A stretch of DNA of 38,888 nucleotides from NCBI GenBank assembly GCA_013002265.1, contig JABDKK010000021.1:1-38888 (forward strand), written 5' to 3'. The DNA comes from Nitrosopumilus sp. Lineage in GTDB: Archaea; Thermoproteota; Nitrososphaeria; Nitrososphaerales; Nitrosopumilaceae. The position numbers and the translations under genes were made by a program. Shown here in pieces: positions 37,042 to 38,888 of the stretch; the first letter of the stretch is position 1; every line of letters starts with the position of its first letter. Under the pieces are notes generated by a model that saw only the letters and a program-made list of their open reading frames with translations, made no database searches and was not told the DNA's origin.

Positions 37042-38502
37042 TTGCCCTATAAAGTCAGTCACGGTAAAGCAATACAAGTAACATATTCACCTGATGAAGT
37101 TTTCTCAAGAATACAACATGAGGGAATCCAGTTTATTGATTTACAATTTACAGGTCTAACTGGTCATTTTCATCATACAACAATTTCAGCTGATACTTTT
37201 ACTCCTGAACAAATGCGAGATGGATTACCAAAATTAGATGGATCATCAATTGTAGGATTTACAAGTATAGATGATTCTGATTTATTGCTAAAACCAGATC
37301 CAAACACATTTGCAATAATTCCATGGATGACGGAAAACAAAACTGCTCGTTTACTTTGTGATGTTTATTGGGGAGAAAATAGAGGAAGGCTATCACGGGA
37401 TCCACGAGGTATTTCTCAAAAAGCTGAAGAATATATCAAAACTCAAGGGTATGATTTTAGTACATGGGGGCCAGAAGTTGAATTTTTTGTGTTTGATAAG
37501 GTACATTGGGATGTTCTGACGCCTTACAAAGGTCAATCATATTCTATTGAATCAAAAGAAGCCCCATGGAGTCAAGAAGGTGATGGATACCCAATGGGAT
37601 TACAAGAAGGATATTACCCAAGTACACCATCAGATACTCTTACTCCGTATAGAAATGAATGTGTCAACATTTTGAAAAATAATTTCGGAATATTATGTGA
37701 TAATCATCATCATGAAGTTGCAACAGCAGGACAGTGTGAAATTGATATCAAATATGATTACATGACGAATGCAGCTGATGCTGCACAATCTTACAAATAT
37801 GTAATTAGGAACGTGGCTCAGAAATATGGAAAAGTAGCAACTATGATGCCAAAACCAATTGCTATGGATTCAGGATCCGGAATGCATGTTAATGTTAGTT
37901 TGTGGAAAGGTAAGAAAAATGCATTTTATGATCCAGATGATGAGATTGAATTAAGTCAAGAGGGCAGGTATTTTTGTGGCGGAATTGTAAATCATGCAAA
38001 GGCACTTTCAGCAATTTGTAATCCCACTACTAACTCGTATCACAGATTAGTACCAGGATATGAGGCTCCAGCATATATTGCATGGAGTTCAGGAAACAGA
38101 TCTGCAATAGTAAGAGTTCCAAAACATCTTACCGGTAGGGAATATGCACACCTAAAAAGACTGGAATTTAGAGCTCCTGATCCTTCGTCTAATCCATATC
38201 TTGTATTTGCTGCAGTAACAGCAGCTGGAATGGATGGAATCAAAAAGAAAATGGATCCTGGAGAACAAGTACGTGATGATATTTTCAAGATGACTAAATC
38301 AGATAGAGCTAAAAGAGGAATTGGAGTACTTCCCAAGAGTCTTGGTGAAGCATTAGATGAGTTAGAAAGCGATAGAAAATTCTTGAGTACAATTTTTACA
38401 AATGATGTAGTTGATAAAATTATTGAGTTAGAAAGAAGAGATCAGCGGGAGATTTCAATAAGGCCCCACCCACATGAATTTTATCTATACTTTGATGTTT
38501 AG
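37042..38502 (+). CDS. glnA: Glutamine synthetase type I
   Basis: DGSSI, GPEVEFF, HHHEVATAGQCEI, MPKP, GSGMH, RLVPGYEAP, NRSA, RLEFRAPD; TTG start. Confidence 0.95.
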   Translation: MPYKVSHGKAIQVTYSPDEVFSRIQHEGIQFIDLQFTGLTGHFHHTTISADTFTPEQMRDGLPKLDGSSIVGFTSIDDSDLLLKPDPNTFAIIPWMTENKTARLLCDVYWGENRGRLSRDPRGISQKAEEYIKTQGYDFSTWGPEVEFFVFDKVHWDVLTPYKGQSYSIESKEAPWSQEGDGYPMGLQEGYYPSTPSDTLTPYRNECVNILKNNFGILCDNHHHEVATAGQCEIDIKYDYMTNAADAAQSYKYVIRNVAQKYGKVATMMPKPIAMDSGSGMHVNVSLWKGKKNAFYDPDDEIELSQEGRYFCGGIVNHAKALSAICNPTTNSYHRLVPGYEAPAYIAWSSGNRSAIVRVPKHLTGREYAHLKRLEFRAPDPSSNPYLVFAAVTAAGMDGIKKKMDPGEQVRDDIFKMTKSDRAKRGIGVLPKSLGEALDELESDRKFLSTIFTNDVVDKIIELERRDQREISIRPHPHEFYLYFDV

Positions 38503-38795
38503 GTTCTACCTGTAAGTTGAAAAATATAGTGTAATGAGATAGCAATTAGCCCAAAACCAATTCCAAGAAAGATCGCTCTTTTCTTTTCAGATGTGGCTGC
38601 CCTATACAACAAAACTGCACCTGCAAGACCTACAAACAATACCAAAACTCCAATTACAACTCCATCAAAACTCGTGTTTGTAATTAATGGATGGAAAAAT
38701 CCAGCAAGCAAAGCGAAAAATGCGATAAGGTATACGTATTTGAAACCAGTTAATAATTTTGATGATGTTTTATTCAATGTTTTTCGTAAATTCAT
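38499..38795 (-). CDS. Small hypothetical membrane protein (about 3 TM)
   Basis: 98-aa ORF with three hydrophobic segments; ATG start. Confidence 0.72.
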   Translation of the reverse strand: MNLRKTLNKTSSKLLTGFKYVYLIAFFALLAGFFHPLITNTSFDGVVIGVLVLFVGLAGAVLLYRAATSEKKRAIFLGIGFGLIAISLHYIFQLTGRT

Positions 38796-38830
38796 TTATG
38801 AAATAAACTTTTGAAATACTTTCAAAATAT

Positions 38831-38888
38831 TTACATCATTCCGCCCATGTCAGGCATTCCGCCCATTCCAGGCATTCCGCCCATTCCA
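38831..38888 (-). CDS. C-terminal GGM-repeat tail of a chaperonin, probably a thermosome subunit (partial)
   Basis: Reverse strand reads GMGGMPGMGGMPDMGGMM-stop; 18-bp tandem repeat CAGGCATTCCGCCCATTC. Confidence 0.8.
   Translation of the reverse strand, partial: GMGGMPGMGGMPDMGGMM

Noticed and set aside
3143-38814. Many short ORFs overlapping recognised genes (e.g. 3143, 5535, 6597, 6996, 7265, 8244, 13408, 13538, 14439, 15796, 16544, 18993, 25114, 25391, 26185, 28745, 29596, 30028, 30362, 31641, 32878, 33964, 35054, 36009, 38040, 38593)
   Set aside because: They lie antisense or out of frame within well-supported genes and show no family motifs.
38838-38888. GC-rich 18-bp tandem repeat at the window end, possible CRISPR or VNTR
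   Set aside because: No spacers; it encodes the GGM-rich chaperonin tail.

Overview
AT-rich, gene-dense chromosomal window from an ammonia-oxidising archaeon, most likely Nitrosopumilus or a close relative (archaeal TyrRS, PCNA, RpoL, TFS, GINS, CCA-adding enzyme, thermosome tail, cupredoxins, many TTG starts). It is mostly core genome: about 47 CDS and one tRNA-Pro(GGG). I saw no CRISPR array, integrase or transposase. The best candidate for an undescribed system is 20809-25639. A KamA-family radical-SAM 2,3-aminomutase lies directly upstream of a second, motif-altered glutamine synthetase paralogue, and both are divergent from an unusual MscS channel that carries a large soluble insert and a Cys/His cluster. 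This looks like a beta-amino-acid (beta-glutamate/beta-glutamine or glutamyl-beta-lysine) osmolyte synthesis and release module; that role is inference. Items the ORF track missed: a tandem pair of paralogous ~50-aa microproteins (8845-9153), a single gene split by one in-frame TAA (29130-29861), a doubled palindromic box upstream of a ferredoxin, and a perfect 8-6-8 inverted repeat between the usp and VIT1 genes. Also notable are a membrane sensor adenylate cyclase, a J-domain protein with HSD instead of HPD, and a tRNA-end-processing gene cluster.
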